Origin: an uncultured delta proteobacterium
GTDB taxonomy: Bacteria > Myxococcota > Myxococcia > Myxococcales > Anaeromyxobacteraceae
Direction of reading: 5' to 3'
NCBI GenBank assembly: GCA_963845515.1
Contig: CAWJSR010000016.1
Span: forward strand, 1 to 25,990
DNA: 25,990 nt
The position numbers and the translations under genes are program-made. Shown here piece by piece: positions 16,501 through 25,990 of the stretch (its first letter is position 1; each line of letters starts with the position of its first letter). Under the pieces are notes generated by a model, which had not been told where the DNA came from, did not search any database, and saw only the letters and a list, made by a program, of their open reading frames with translations.

Positions 16501-19500
16501 GCGCGAGGCGAGCCGCTCGAAGACGAGGGCCTCCTCGCTGGAGATGCCGAGGTGGTGCAGCCTGCTCCGTGCGTGCGAGAAGGCGAGCGCGAAGGTCCGC
16601 GCGGTCGCGGCAGGATCGTGGTAGCGCTGCGCGAGCGCCAGCGCGGTCTCACGGCTCGCCGCCATCCCGGTCGCGAACGAGAGCCTCACCACGCCGCCCG
16701 GCGCGAGCCGCACGCGCTGGCGCAGGCTCACGATCGGATCCAGCAGGACCCCCGTGGTGCCGGAGAGCGAGCGGCCGTCGAGCGCCTGCGGATCCTCCGG
16801 GCCGCGACCCCGGCCCAGGAAGCGCCCGCGGTCGCTCTCCCACTCCACCGGCCCCTGCGTCCGGCCCTCCTGGGCGATGACGTGCACCGCGAAGACCTCG
16901 GCGTCGTCGGGGGCGCGCGGCCGCCGCCTGCACACGAGGGCGCTGCTCTCGGCGACGAACTCGGACTCGATGAAGAGCTTGCCGAAGGCGGGGTGCGCGA
17001 GGTCGTCGGCGTTCGGCGCCAGGACGATCTCGGCGTAGCTCGTCACCTCCAGCTCGCGGACGCGATCGCCGTGGTTCGTCACCGACAGCCGCCGCACCTC
17101 GACGTCGTCCTCCGGTGAGACCGCGACGTCCAGCTGCGTCTGGATCTCGTCGTCCCTTCGCTGGAAGGTCGCCTTCTCCATCGTGAACGTGACGACGTCT
17201 TCGGAGGCGTCCCCGGCGATCGGGTTGTGCGTCGCCGACCAGACCCGCCCGCTCCGGACGTCGCGGAGGTAGACGTACTGGCCCCCCGGATCGCGGGTCG
17301 CGTCCTGGCGCCACCTCGTCACCGTGCGCCCGCGGCAGAAGCTAGTGCCGCCGCCCGCGTTGGTCACGACGGTGGTGTAGTTGCCGTTCGAAAGGAACTG
17401 GGCGTGCGGGAAGACCGTGTGCGGGGAGCGGAAGCGCCTCACCGCGGCCGGCGGCACCGGCGCGGCGACGCGCGCCTCCTCGTCCGGGCGCGGCCGGATC
17501 AGCGCAGCCTGGCGCGGCACGCGCTCCTGGAGGAGCAGCTCGGTGGCCTGGACGCGCGGGTCGGAGTGGAAGCGCTCCACCATCCTGTTGCCGGTGAGCG
17601 CCCCTGCGATGGCGGTGAGGGTCATCCCCTGGTGGTGGGCGAGGTACGTCCGGACGACGGTCCCGCGGCCTCGGGCGGCGCCCGGGCGCTCGGGCTCCGG
17701 CTCCTCCGCGCGCCTCGGCGTGTAGTCGATGGCGTCGTAGTAGCCGTACGCGCCGAGGAGCCCTTCCCGCGCGAGGCGCCGGAGGTTCGCGGCCGCAGCG
17801 GTCGGGTGGACGAGGGTGGCAAGCGCCGTCGCGTAGGGCGCGACCACCAGCTCGTCGGCGAGCCCCCGCTTCATCCCGAGCCCTGGGACGCCGAAGGCCT
17901 TGTACTGGTAGTTGCCGTGGTGATCGACGAGGTCGTAGGCGCTCTCCGAGATCCCCCACGGCACGCCACGGGTCGCCGCGTAGTCCCGCTGGCGGCGTAC
18001 GGCCATCCGGCAGCTCTCGTCGAGCAGCGTGTCCGGGTAGCTGCGCATCACGAGCAGCGGCATGAGGTACTCGAAGAGGGTCGCGCTCCAGGAGAGCAGC
18101 GTGGGGCTCCCGCGCACGCCCGTGACGGTCCGGCCCAGGTGGAACCAGTGCTTCTCGGGGAGGTCCCCCTTCGCGATCGCGATGAAGCTCGCGAGGCGGG
18201 CCTCCGACGCGAGGAGGTCGTAGTAGGAGGGATCGAGTCGGCCAGGGCCTTCGGCGTCGGCGGCGCGGAAGCCTATGGACAGGAGGCTCCGCTGGGGATC
18301 GTAGAGGAACCGGAAGCTCATCCCGTCGGCGAACGCCGCGGCGCGGCGGGACAGGCTGGCGAGCCGCTCGATGACGTCGCTCGGCCCCGCCTCCTGCGGG
18401 GCCGGCTCGTGCCCGAGGCGACCGAGCCCCTCCGACACCGCGATGAGCGCACCTGCGAGGTTGCCGCTGTCGACCGTCGAGACGTAGCGGGGCGGGAGCG
18501 GCGCCAGGCTCAGCGTGTCGTACCAGTTGAAGAGGTGCCCCTCGTGCCGCTCCAGCCCCTCCATCGTGGTGAGCGTGGAGTCGATCCGCTCGATGAGCTC
18601 GCCGGTGGGGATGATGCCCAGATCGTGGGCCGCCAGCGTCGACAGGAGCCCCATGCCGATGTTGGTAGGGGAGGTCCGGTGCGCGGTCCGATCAGGTCCC
18701 TCCTGGACGTTGTCCGCGGGCAGGAAGTGGTCCTCCGGCCCCATGAACGCCTCGAAGAACTTCCACGTCGTGCGGGCGACGCCGAGCAGGAAGGTCCGAT
18801 CCTCGGGACCCAGGTCGACGTTCCTCTCCGCGATCGGCTGCGAGAGCCGGTACGCGACGAGCGGCGCCAGCGCCCACAGCGCGAGCAGCGGCCCGGCCGC
18901 GAGGAGCGCCCCCGGCCGCCACCAGGCGACGATGAGCGTGCAGGCGAGCGCGATCGCAGGGCTGGCCGCCATCGCGACGACGAACGCCCGCCTGCCCTGC
19001 TCCTGGCGGGCAGAGCTCGCAGCGGCGGTCTCCCACTCGAGCAGCCGACGCCGGGTGATGGTCAGCCTCACGAGCGTGACGAGGACCGCGTGGACCATCT
19101 CCCACGCCTGGTTCGCCAGGAAGACGATCTGCAGGAGCACTCGCGCGGCGGTGCCCGCCGTGTCCTCGGCGAGCCCTCGCGCGAAGGCCAGCAGCGGCTG
19201 GTGCCTCCTCGGGCCGGCGAGCGCCTGCATGGCGAGCGTGTAGAGCGGGAACGCCAGGCTCGCGACGACCGCGGCGGTCCAGATCGCGGCGCTCCCCGGG
19301 AGCACCGTCCAGCCGAGGAGGAGCAGGAGGACCGTGGCCGGGGCGAGCTGCGTGCGCCGCAGGTTGTCGAAGATCTTCCAGCGCGCGATGAGGGGGAGGC
19401 GGTTCCGCTCCAGGCCGGCGCGCGTGGGCACGAGCGGCAGGAGCCAGCCGAGGATCTGCCAGTCGCCGCGCGTCCAGCGGTGCTGCCGGCGCGCGTGGGA

Positions 19501-21792
19501 GAGGACGCTCGAGGGGTAGTCGTCGACGACCTCGACGTCGGTCACCAGGCCCGTGCGGGCGTGGATGCCCTCGAACAGGTCGTGCGAGAGGAGCGTGTTG
19601 TCCGGGACGCGCCCCTCCAGCGCCGCCGTGAAGGCGTCGACGTCGTAGAGCCCCTTCCCGGTGAAGCTCCCCTCTCCGAAGAGATCCTGGTAGGTGTCCG
19701 AGACGGCGGTCGTGTAGGGGTCGACCCCCGTGTGCCCCGCGAAGATCCGCGCGAAGCGCGACCCCGCGGCGCTCGAGGTGGTGACGCTCACGCGCGGCTG
19801 CAGGATCCCGTAGCCCTCGGTGACCCGCCCGGAGCGCGGGTCGAACACCGGGCGGTTGAGCGGGTGCGCGATGATGCCGACGAGCTTCCTCGCGCCGTCG
19901 CGCGGGAGGCGCGTGTCCGAGTCGAGCGTCAGGCAGTAGCGGACGCGCGGGAGCACGGCCAGGTCGCCGACCTGCACCTCGTAGCTCGTGCCGGTCGCGC
20001 CGCGCAGGAGCTGGTTCAGCTCCTCCAGCTTCCCGCGCTTCCGCTCCCAGCCCATCCACACGCCCTCGGCCTGGTTCCACTGGCGGGCGCGGTGCAGGAG
20101 GAAGAACCGGTCGGCGCGGCCTTCGCCCAGCCGGTGGTTCAGCGCCTCGATCCCGCTCCTGGCCGCGGAGAGGATGGCGGCGTCCCCGGGCTTCTCCCGG
20201 GCGTCGGCGTCGGTGTAGTCGCCGAGGATGGCGAAGTGGACGTGAGGGTCGAGGTTCCCCAGCGCGAGCACCTCGAGGTGCTCGAGCTGCCGCTCGACCC
20301 CCTCGACGCTGGCGAGCAGCGTCGGGACGACCACCAGGGTCCGGGCGTCCTCGGGGATCCCGTCGGTGAAGTCGAGGCGCGGAAGCCTCCGGGGCGGCGC
20401 GAAGCGGGCCGCGACGCGCTGGACCAACGCGATCGCCACCTCGCTGGCAGGGAGGAGGAGGAGCACCGCCACGCCGACCTGGGCCCACGTCGAGCCGCCC
20501 GCGTGGCGCGCGTAGGCGACTCCGGCAGCGACCAGCGCCGCCGCCGCGAGCGCGATCGCCCCGAGATAGGCCGGCGTGGCGTGCGCGAACGCGAGCCGCC
20601 GCAGGGCCCTGAGCAGACCGGGGCGAAAGGCCACGTCGGCCTCCAGCTCGAGGCGCCCCTTGCCGATCAGGTGGTGGCCGATGTGCGCGGCACGCGCCCC
20701 CGGTCCCTCGCTCTCGGCGGCCTGCCGCGCGCTCTCCACCGCGCGCAGGGCCACGCGGACCTGGGCCTCTCCGGTGCGATCGGCCAGCTCCTCGACGGCC
20801 TGCCGGTACCTGTCGCGGGAGAGGAACTCCATCCGCGCGTGCACGCCGGCCGGATCCCGCTGCAGCACCTTCTCGACCAGGCTCACCGCCTCGACGTACC
20901 GGGGCCAGTCGAGCGTGGCGCAGAGCCTCAGGCTGGTGACGACGTTCGCGACCGACACCTGCGCCGCCGCCTCGCGCTGGTGCTCTCCGCGGATCGCCTC
21001 CTCGGCCGTCAGCCTGCCGGCGGTGAGGTGCGCGTCGAGGCCGGCGCGGACGACGGCGAGGCGCGGCCCGTACTCCCGGGCGCGCTGGAGGAGCTGGACG
21101 ACGAGCGCGGGGTGGAGCACGCGCGGCAGCGGCGGAGGCAGCCCCTTCCCCACGGCGTCGAACCGCGCCACGTACCCGTCGGCGGCGCGCCTGGCTCCGC
21201 GTGCCGCGAGCGTCTCGTCGGCGAGCCGCCGGAGGTTCTCGACGAGCGCCAGCTTCAGCATGCTCGGCCACGCCCAGAGCTCGCCGATGGTGAGCGGGGC
21301 GACCGTCTGGAAGGCGTCCAGCCACCGCACGAGCTGGGGGCGGTCGAGGCGGCTGTCGCTGTGGCGGATCAGCTCCACGGCGAGCGCGTAGACCCGGGCG
21401 TTCCCGGCCTGCTCCCTGGCGGCGAGCTTGGGCAGCTCGCGGTAGTAGCCCCGCGGGAGGTTCTGGCGGACGTCCCGGATCTCGGAGGCCACCAGGTGGA
21501 AGTTGTCCAGGAGCCACTCGGCCGAGGCGGTCACGAACTCGCCCCGGTGCACGTCGTCCGCGAGCGTGCGGTACGCCTCGCGCAGCACGCGGACGTTGTC
21601 GTCGAAGCGGGGGAAGACGCTGCGCGCCGCTCGCCCGGACGGGTCGACCGTGAAGCGGGCCGCGAGCGAGCGGGCCCGCTCGTCCAGCCGCTCGACGCTC
21701 AGCAGCTCGTCCCTGAACGGCCTCTCGGGGAGCCCCTGCGCGGCGTGCGCCCTCCCGAGGAAAGCAGATTCCAGCTTCGCTGCCACGAACAC
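13561..21792 (-). CDS. ndvB: Cyclic beta-1,2-glucan synthase (Cgs/NdvB/ChvB family): GT84 synthase, central cyclisation domain and GH94 phosphorylase
   Basis: 2743-aa intact ORF with [94 protein letters not shown] and RENGGQYTH. The exact GTG start is uncertain by a few codons. Confidence 0.95.
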   Translation of the reverse strand: MFVAAKLESAFLGRAHAAQGLPERPFRDELLSVERLDERARSLAARFTVDPSGRAARSVFPRFDDNVRVLREAYRTLADDVHRGEFVTASAEWLLDNFHLVASEIRDVRQNLPRGYYRELPKLAAREQAGNARVYALAVELIRHSDSRLDRPQLVRWLDAFQTVAPLTIGELWAWPSMLKLALVENLRRLADETLAARGARRAADGYVARFDAVGKGLPPPLPRVLHPALVVQLLQRAREYGPRLAVVRAGLDAHLTAGRLTAEEAIRGEHQREAAAQVSVANVVTSLRLCATLDWPRYVEAVSLVEKVLQRDPAGVHARMEFLSRDRYRQAVEELADRTGEAQVRVALRAVESARQAAESEGPGARAAHIGHHLIGKGRLELEADVAFRPGLLRALRRLAFAHATPAYLGAIALAAAALVAAGVAYARHAGGSTWAQVGVAVLLLLPASEVAIALVQRVAARFAPPRRLPRLDFTDGIPEDARTLVVVPTLLASVEGVERQLEHLEVLALGNLDPHVHFAILGDYTDADAREKPGDAAILSAARSGIEALNHRLGEGRADRFFLLHRARQWNQAEGVWMGWERKRGKLEELNQLLRGATGTSYEVQVGDLAVLPRVRYCLTLDSDTRLPRDGARKLVGIIAHPLNRPVFDPRSGRVTEGYGILQPRVSVTTSSAAGSRFARIFAGHTGVDPYTTAVSDTYQDLFGEGSFTGKGLYDVDAFTAALEGRVPDNTLLSHDLFEGIHARTGLVTDVEVVDDYPSSVLSHARRQHRWTRGDWQILGWLLPLVPTRAGLERNRLPLIARWKIFDNLRRTQLAPATVLLLLLGWTVLPGSAAIWTAAVVASLAFPLYTLAMQALAGPRRHQPLLAFARGLAEDTAGTAARVLLQIVFLANQAWEMVHAVLVTLVRLTITRRRLLEWETAAASSARQEQGRRAFVVAMAASPAIALACTLIVAWWRPGALLAAGPLLALWALAPLVAYRLSQPIAERNVDLGPEDRTFLLGVARTTWKFFEAFMGPEDHFLPADNVQEGPDRTAHRTSPTNIGMGLLSTLAAHDLGIIPTGELIERIDSTLTTMEGLERHEGHLFNWYDTLSLAPLPPRYVSTVDSGNLAGALIAVSEGLGRLGHEPAPQEAGPSDVIERLASLSRRAAAFADGMSFRFLYDPQRSLLSIGFRAADAEGPGRLDPSYYDLLASEARLASFIAIAKGDLPEKHWFHLGRTVTGVRGSPTLLSWSATLFEYLMPLLVMRSYPDTLLDESCRMAVRRQRDYAATRGVPWGISESAYDLVDHHGNYQYKAFGVPGLGMKRGLADELVVAPYATALATLVHPTAAAANLRRLAREGLLGAYGYYDAIDYTPRRAEEPEPERPGAARGRGTVVRTYLAHHQGMTLTAIAGALTGNRMVERFHSDPRVQATELLLQERVPRQAALIRPRPDEEARVAAPVPPAAVRRFRSPHTVFPHAQFLSNGNYTTVVTNAGGGTSFCRGRTVTRWRQDATRDPGGQYVYLRDVRSGRVWSATHNPIAGDASEDVVTFTMEKATFQRRDDEIQTQLDVAVSPEDDVEVRRLSVTNHGDRVRELEVTSYAEIVLAPNADDLAHPAFGKLFIESEFVAESSALVCRRRPRAPDDAEVFAVHVIAQEGRTQGPVEWESDRGRFLGRGRGPEDPQALDGRSLSGTTGVLLDPIVSLRQRVRLAPGGVVRLSFATGMAASRETALALAQRYHDPAATARTFALAFSHARSRLHHLGISSEEALVFERLASRVLYADASLRPGPELLARNVLGQEGLWAHGVSGDLPILLVRVVSDADLALVRQVLQAQEYWRLKGLSADVVILNEHPVSYLDEIHAQLAALLDDGPWRKWKHRTGGAYLLRGDRMGEPERLLLAGAARAVLSGDRGSLSHQLDLPTLPLAEIPLLERARTEQPRAASAPASQPEVPPLALANGIGGFADGGREYVIVLDGDQETPLPWANVIASPAFGTVVTASGSSFTWSENSRENRLTPFANDPVTDPTAEAVLVRDDDSGEAWSPTPGPLPRDGTSGRFVIRHAAGVTRFARTASGIRHALDVFVDASDPVKVSLLTLTNESGIPRRLSVFSYTEWVLGPPRAGQNQHVVTAKDDPTGAILATNAWNHEFAGRVAFAHASEPLRSSTGDRTSFLGRNGSLARPAALGHELLSAQFGAGLDPCAALHVTVHLEPGESRRVVFLLGEGRDVAQVRELIVRHGRADAADASLEAVRRGWDDTLGAVRVRTPDDSFDVLMNRWLLYQDLSCRMWARTGYHQPGGAFGFRDQLQDAMALAMARPSLVREHLLRAAARQFKEGDVQHWWHPPTGRGTRTRCSDDLVWLPYAVAHYVRTTGDAGVLDESVPFLDGAPLAPDVQDLYAEPGASTEVGSLFEHCVRALDRGLTSGAHGLPLMGGGDWNDGMNRVGREGRGESVWLGFFLHAVLTDFAPLCALRGEDARAGRYLAEATRLAAALERTWDGEWYRRGYYDDGAPLGSAQSDECSIDSIAQSWAVLSGAAAPRLADRAMDSVRTHLVRRGAQVVLLLAPPFDRSAQQPGYIKGYPPGVRENGGQYTHAAAWIVMALARLGSGDEATELFHMINPVNHTRTGPDVARYRGEPYVVAGDVTAHADHAGQAGWTWYSGSAGWLYRAGLESILGLRRHGATFELDPCIPTSWPRYSITWRFGRTRYEILVENPHRRCRGIGEAHLDGVAVDPRAIALVDDGGTHQVSVVLGGP

Positions 21793-21920
21793 GCAACCTT
21801 CCTGACGGAAGTCAGCGCGTCATCGAGGCGATGCGTAGGGCTGGCTTGCCCCTCCATCTAACATGCCGGCCGGATCGGCGCCTGACCACGCCCCGGTGGG
21901 CGCATCGCCCGATCGGGACG

Positions 21921-21974
21921 AAAAAACCCCGGGGCGCGCGGGACTGCCCCTTCTTGGCGCCCGCGCGCCCCGGG
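21921..21974 (-). terminator. Rho-independent terminator downstream of sucD
   Basis: 15-bp perfect inverted repeat CCCGGGGCGCGCGGG (21928-21942) / CCCGCGCGCCCCGGG (21960-21974), followed on the minus strand by T6. Confidence 0.85.
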
Positions 21975-22026
21975 TCGCTTCACCCGTACTGCATCGCTCC
22001 CACTTCCGAGCTGCTGCCGGTGCCGC

Positions 22027-22962
22027 CTACGCTGCCTCGGTCTCAGCCTGCGTCGCCTCCGCCCGCCGCGCCCTGTGCGGATGCGCGTGGTGGAGGAGGT
22101 CGTACATCGTCCTTCCCATCGTGTGCGGCCCGGGGGCGAGCCGGACGCCGGCCGCCTCGAGCGCCGCCAGCTTCGCCTCTGCAGAGCCGCTGGAGCCGGA
22201 GACGACCGCGCCGGCGTGCCCCATCCGCCTCCCGGGAGGCGCCGTCCGGCCGGCGATGAAGCCGACGACGGGCTTCGTCATCTTCTCCGCGATGAAGCGG
22301 GCCGCGGCCTCCTCGTCGGAGCCGCCGATCTCGCCGATCATGATCACCGACTCGGTCTCGGGGTCGGCCTCGAACGCCTTCAGGCAGTCGATGAAGTCGA
22401 GCCCGTGCACCGGATCGCCGCCGATGCCGATCGCCGTGGACTGGCCGAGGCCGACGGCACCGAGCTGGCCGACCGCCTCGTAGGTGAGCGTCCCCGAGCG
22501 CGAGACGATCCCGACCGAGCCGGGCTTGTGGACGTGGCCCGGCATGATGCCGATCTTGCACTGGTCCGGCGTGATGACTCCGGGGCAGTTGGGGCCGAGG
22601 AGCCGGACGCCCGGGTGCTCCGCGAGCAGCCGCTTCACGCGCACCATGTCGAGGATTGGGATCCCCTCGGTGATGCAGACGACGAGCGGGATCCCCGCCA
22701 GCGCCGCCTCGGCGATCGCGTCGGCCGCGCCGCCGGGTGGGACGAAGATGACCGTCGCGTTGGCGCCGGTCTCGCGGACCGCCTCGCCCACCGTGTGGAA
22801 GACGGGGATCCAGTCGTTGAACTTCGTCCCGCCGCGGCCTGGCGTCACGCCGCCGACGACCTGCGTCCCGTACTCGATCATCTGCTCGGCGTGGAAGCTC
22901 CCGGCGGAGCCGGTGATCCCCTGGACCAGGACGCGCGTGTCCTTGTCGACGAAGATGCTCAT
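22027..22962 (-). CDS. sucD: Succinyl-CoA synthetase alpha subunit
   Basis: [39 protein letters not shown] and MGHAGA (phospho-His). ATG at 22962 with GGAGG RBS. Confidence 0.97.
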   Translation of the reverse strand: MSIFVDKDTRVLVQGITGSAGSFHAEQMIEYGTQVVGGVTPGRGGTKFNDWIPVFHTVGEAVRETGANATVIFVPPGGAADAIAEAALAGIPLVVCITEGIPILDMVRVKRLLAEHPGVRLLGPNCPGVITPDQCKIGIMPGHVHKPGSVGIVSRSGTLTYEAVGQLGAVGLGQSTAIGIGGDPVHGLDFIDCLKAFEADPETESVIMIGEIGGSDEEAAARFIAEKMTKPVVGFIAGRTAPPGRRMGHAGAVVSGSSGSAEAKLAALEAAGVRLAPGPHTMGRTMYDLLHHAHPHRARRAEATQAETEAA

Positions 22963-23036
22963 GACGCCCTCCGCAGCGAGCCGCCGACGCCAGCGGCCTC
23001 CACGGCCTTGGCGGCCGCGTCGCCGAGGTCGTCGGC
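22959..23036 (-). CDS. sucC: Succinyl-CoA synthetase beta subunit, last 26 codons only (cut at the junction)
   Basis: [25 protein letters not shown] matches the SucC C-terminal helix. Its TGA overlaps the sucD ATG (ATGA). Confidence 0.75.
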   Translation of the reverse strand, partial: ADDLGDAAAKAVEAAGVGGSLRRAS

Positions 23037-23577
23037 AGTCGCGGCAGAGAAGAAGCCGGAGCCGGTCGCGGCGCGGTTCGTGCTCCTTCCCGTTGCGGCG
23101 GCGGCAATCGATGGGACATTGGCGGCGCTGAAGATTGCGGTGATGAGGCGGCAAACCCTTCGCTACTGAGCTCGCGGCGGTGGTTGAAGCAGCATCCCCG
23201 AATCCGAGAAGAATCTCGCGCCACTGGCTGAATTTTCAACCAATGGCATGCCGACTGAGGCGGCGCTGGGCCGTGCGCTCACCGAGAAGCTCGATCACGT
23301 TCACCAAATTCTGCGCCCATAGATGACACGAGCACGATCGGCAAAATCAACACGCATATGAAGGGGCTGGTCAGCATATCAAGAAGTCGAGCAGTACGGA
23401 CCCGTATGCGCAATTGCGCAAGGACGCGCTGCGTGAGGATGCGGCGACACTGATGCGCGAGGTCGAGCGTTTGAGCGCGACAGAGCGGGCACCACTCGAG
23501 GAGTGGCTGAGCCGAGCGCGGGCCGCTCGGCGGCGCGTGAGGCGCTTTCTAAACTTGAACTGCCAGCAGGGCAATAG
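23037..23577 (+). CDS. Mitofilin/Mic60-like (COG4223-type) protein, C-terminal part, error-rich copy
   Basis: [30 protein letters not shown] resembles the mitofilin-domain C-terminal signature. It lies directly before hemY. Boundaries are approximate. Confidence 0.55.
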
Positions 23578-23578
23578 C

Positions 23579-23866
23579 CTGGTGCAGTTCCTCTTCTTTC
23601 TATTGATTCTCCTTGGCCTGGTCGTGGGCGCGCAATGGCTGATGGCGCATCCCGGCGAGGTGGTGATCACCTGGCTCGGTTACGATATCACGCTGCATAT
23701 TGTGATGGTGGTCGCGGCGCTGTTGGCGCTGACCTTTGTCGTGACGTTTTTCTCGATCACGTTTTGGCAAGTACTTACCTGGCCGAAGCGGCGGCGGGCG
23801 CGCAAAAAGCACCGTACGCTCGAGACGGGTTTGAAGCAGCTGACGCTGGGTGTCACCGCGCTGGCC
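23579..23866 (+). CDS. hemY: HemY-type (TPR, heme-cluster) protein N-terminal fragment
   Basis: VQFLFFLLILLGLVVGAQWLMAHPGEVVITWLGYDI...WPKRRRARKKHR..ETGLKQLTLGVTALA is typical of the alphaproteobacterial HemY_N domain. It is cut at the fold-back point. Confidence 0.8.
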
Positions 23867-24061
23867 AGGTAAGGTACTTGCCAAAACGTGGATGCAAGCG
23901 TCACAAAGGTCAGCGCCCAACAGCGCCGCGACCACCATCCACAATATGCAGCGTGATATCGTAACCGAGCCCAGGTGATCCACGCCCACCTCACCGGGAT
24001 GCGCCATCAGCCATTGCGCGCCCACGACCACCAAGGAGAATCAATAGAGGAACTGCACCAT
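23863..24061 (-). CDS. hemY: Second, inverted and error-rich copy of the hemY 5' end
   Basis: ATG GTG CAG TTC at 24061 with AGGA upstream. VVGAQWLMAHPGEV is identical to the other copy. Confidence 0.7.
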
Positions 24062-24062
24062 G

Positions 24063-24912
24063 TTCCTGCCCCGCCGGCGGCTCAAGTTTCAAAGCGCCTC
24101 CACGCGCCGCCGAGCGTGCCCCTTGGCTCAGCCACTACCTCGAGTGGTGCCCGCTCTGTCGCGCTCAAACGCTCGACCTCGCCGTCAGTGTCGCCGCATC
24201 CTCACGCAGCGCGTCCTTGCGCAATTGCAGTTGCAGATTCGCACTACGACTTCTTGATGCTGACCAGCCCTTCATATGCGTGTTGATTTTGCCGATCGTG
24301 CTGGTGTAGATGTATGCAGCACAGAATTTGGTGAAACATGATGGAGCCTCGTGACACACACCAGCGCCGCCTCAGTCGCATGCCATTGGCAAAATTCAGC
24401 CAGTGGCGCGAGATCTTTCTGGGATTTGGGATGCTGCTTCAACAGCGCGAGCTCAGTAGCGAAGGGTTTCAGGCTCCATCACCGCAATCTTCAGCGCCGC
24501 CAATGTCCCATCGATTGCCGCCGCCGCAACGGGAGCGGGCGCCGGCGCCGCGACCGGCTCCAGCTTCTTCTCTGCCGCGACTTTCTCGAGCCCCTCCACC
24601 TAACGCCTCGAGCTTGCCTGATGTCTGCGTCAGCTTGGTGGTAAGCCCTTGCAACGCCGTCGTATCCGCCTTCGGCTGGCTCGCCGTCGTCGAGCCGCTG
24701 CTTTGCAATGCCTCGATCCGCGCTACAACTCTCTCTGCGCGCTCCGCCGCTTGCTCCACTCGCCGCCTCAAGCGACTGCTTGAGCAACTGATGCCGCGCA
24801 TCACGAGCACGCCGCCCGCGGTGATAAACAGGCGCCAGCGCGTGCTGCAGGTCACCGCCGTCACCCCGGCGTGAGTTATGTTCGTTCGTGGTCCGGTTTC
24901 TGTCTCGTCCAT
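24063..24912 (-). CDS. Mitofilin/Mic60-like protein, full-span copy with many indels
   Basis: ATG at 24912, a hydrophobic stretch, then coiled-coil (RRVEQAAERAERVVARIEALQ...LQGLTTKLTQTSGKLEAL). It lies between hemD and hemY. The 3' end is approximate. Confidence 0.55.
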
Positions 24913-24923
24913 GGAGAGTATCT

Positions 24924-25658
24924 CTACAAGGTTTTATTTCGCTCGGAACTCTCAAATTGAGCATCGCATCGCGTGTGGGGACATGGCAGGCGTGGATCTT
25001 GCGCCAATGCAGCGCCCCGCCTTCAGCGACGGCCAGACTCAGGCAATACGCATCGATGCTGCGTGCCGCATGGATCAGTTCCGCCTGCTCTTAACAGCTT
25101 ACAGGCGATTTCGGCGCTGCGCGGCGAAAAGAAAACGATCGAACCAACCTGCTTATCCGCCAGGGCGCCGCGTATGTCATCGCCAAGGCCGCGTTCAGCA
25201 ATCGCTCGATAGACGACCACGGTCGACACCTGTACCCCCTGCGCGGTGAGCAGCTGCGCAAGATCCGTGCGCGACTCGTCGCCCGCGAGGAGCGCGCGCG
25301 CGCTGCCCCGGGAAGCCCAGATCCGCCGTGATGCGTGGCAACAGCGCCAGCGCATCGCGCGACCCGGTGATGGTGTTGGCCTGCTCCGGTCGCTGCCCGC
25401 GCGGTCGCCTCGCCCCACAATAGGTAGGTAGCGCCCGCCACTCAGCCGGCAGCGCCGCCAGCGCATGCGCCACATGACGCTCGGTGATCGGCGGGCACGA
25501 GGGTTGATCGATAGCGAGGGCGGGCAGGGGCTGCCGCGCAATATGCAGCACCGGCGCGAGATGATCTCGGTGATGTGCATGCGCACGCAGCTCCGTCGCG
25601 AAGCTGCGGCTGTCTTCAAGCGGCGGGTGAGCCGGATGTTGCGTTTGCTAGTAGGCAT
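24924..25658 (-). CDS. hemD: Uroporphyrinogen-III synthase (multiple indels)
   Basis: Pieces across frames: NI.LTR, LPTYC.GEATARAA, LAGDESRTDLAQLLTAQGVQVSTVVVYRA and IVFFSPRSAE. The stop position is approximate. Confidence 0.85.
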
Positions 25659-25990
25659 AGGTTACCAATATATCCTTGGCACGGCTGCGCAACTCCTCAC
25701 CGAGCGCGCAGGCCAACTTTTTTCTGCATCCACCGCCGGGCATTGGGTGCTGAGGAAATGTCCGCGCCCTGCCATCGAGCGACAGCACCTCGCCGCGCAA
25801 TCTGGCCGGGTGATGGAGACGTCGCGAGGCCCGCAATGGGTGTACGGGCAGAAGCCATGCAGCACCTGAGAAACGCCCGCTCAGCGCTCAGGCACGCCAT
25901 GGTCGGTGCATGGCTGATGCCCGCCGGCCGCACCCGCAGATCGGTACGATCCACGCGGCACTCGATGCCAACTGCGCCTTGCGCCACGGC
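25648..25990 (-). CDS. hemC: Porphobilinogen deaminase, C-terminal part (indels; runs off the window edge)
   Basis: AVAQGAVGIECR, AERAFLR, .RTPIAGLA, LRGEVLSLDG and LGEELR match the HemC C-terminal domain. Confidence 0.9.

Larger units (their letters stand above)
23037..24582. repeat. Fold-back inverted duplication: 23037-23784 vs 23863-24582, 78-nt spacer
   Basis: For example gttttggcaagtacttacctggcc (23761-23784) is the reverse complement of ggccaggtaaggtacttgccaaaac apart from one indel, and agtcgcggcagagaagaagc (from 23037) pairs with gcttcttctctgccgcgact (ending 24582). The arms differ by many small indels. Confidence 0.95.

Noticed and set aside
14731..21861. Long alternative ORFs (795, 1544 and 1034 aa) over the glucan synthase
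   Set aside because: Antisense or off-frame shadows, Arg/Pro/Gly-rich and without family motifs.
22963..23154. N-terminal extension of SucD suggested by the 375-aa ORF
   Set aside because: Produced by reading across the chimeric junction. The true start is the ATG at 22962 with RBS and sucC overlap.
23037..24582. Inverted repeat as a transposon, invertible element or hairpin telomere
   Set aside because: The arms are housekeeping gene fragments with random indel differences, and no recombinase, transposase or protelomerase is present.

Overview
Most of the window (about 1-23036) is very GC-rich bacterial chromosome whose gene style suggests Myxococcota (Anaeromyxobacter-like; inference). 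In order it carries: a partial metN, a small secreted Cys-cluster protein with a sigma54-type promoter, a thioredoxin-fold protein with an in-frame TGA and a SECIS-like hairpin (probable selenoprotein truncated by the ORF track), two unknown lipoproteins, a secreted Cys-paired coiled-coil protein, an alkyltransferase-like protein, a nitroreductase, a radical SAM protein, ribA, a renalase-type flavoprotein, a GyrI-like fragment, a frameshifted DUF748 gene, an intact 2743-aa cyclic beta-1,2-glucan synthase, sucD and the last 26 codons of sucC. At about 23037 the sequence switches abruptly to lower-GC, indel-rich DNA with the alphaproteobacterial hemC-hemD-(mitofilin/Mic60-like)-hemY cluster. This part is arranged as a fold-back inverted duplication (23037-23784 vs 23863-24582) and is most likely a chimeric read or assembly artefact. 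No RNA genes, CRISPR arrays or mobile elements were seen. The strongest biological signal is the hidden selenoprotein; I cannot support a wholly new multi-gene system from the sequence alone.
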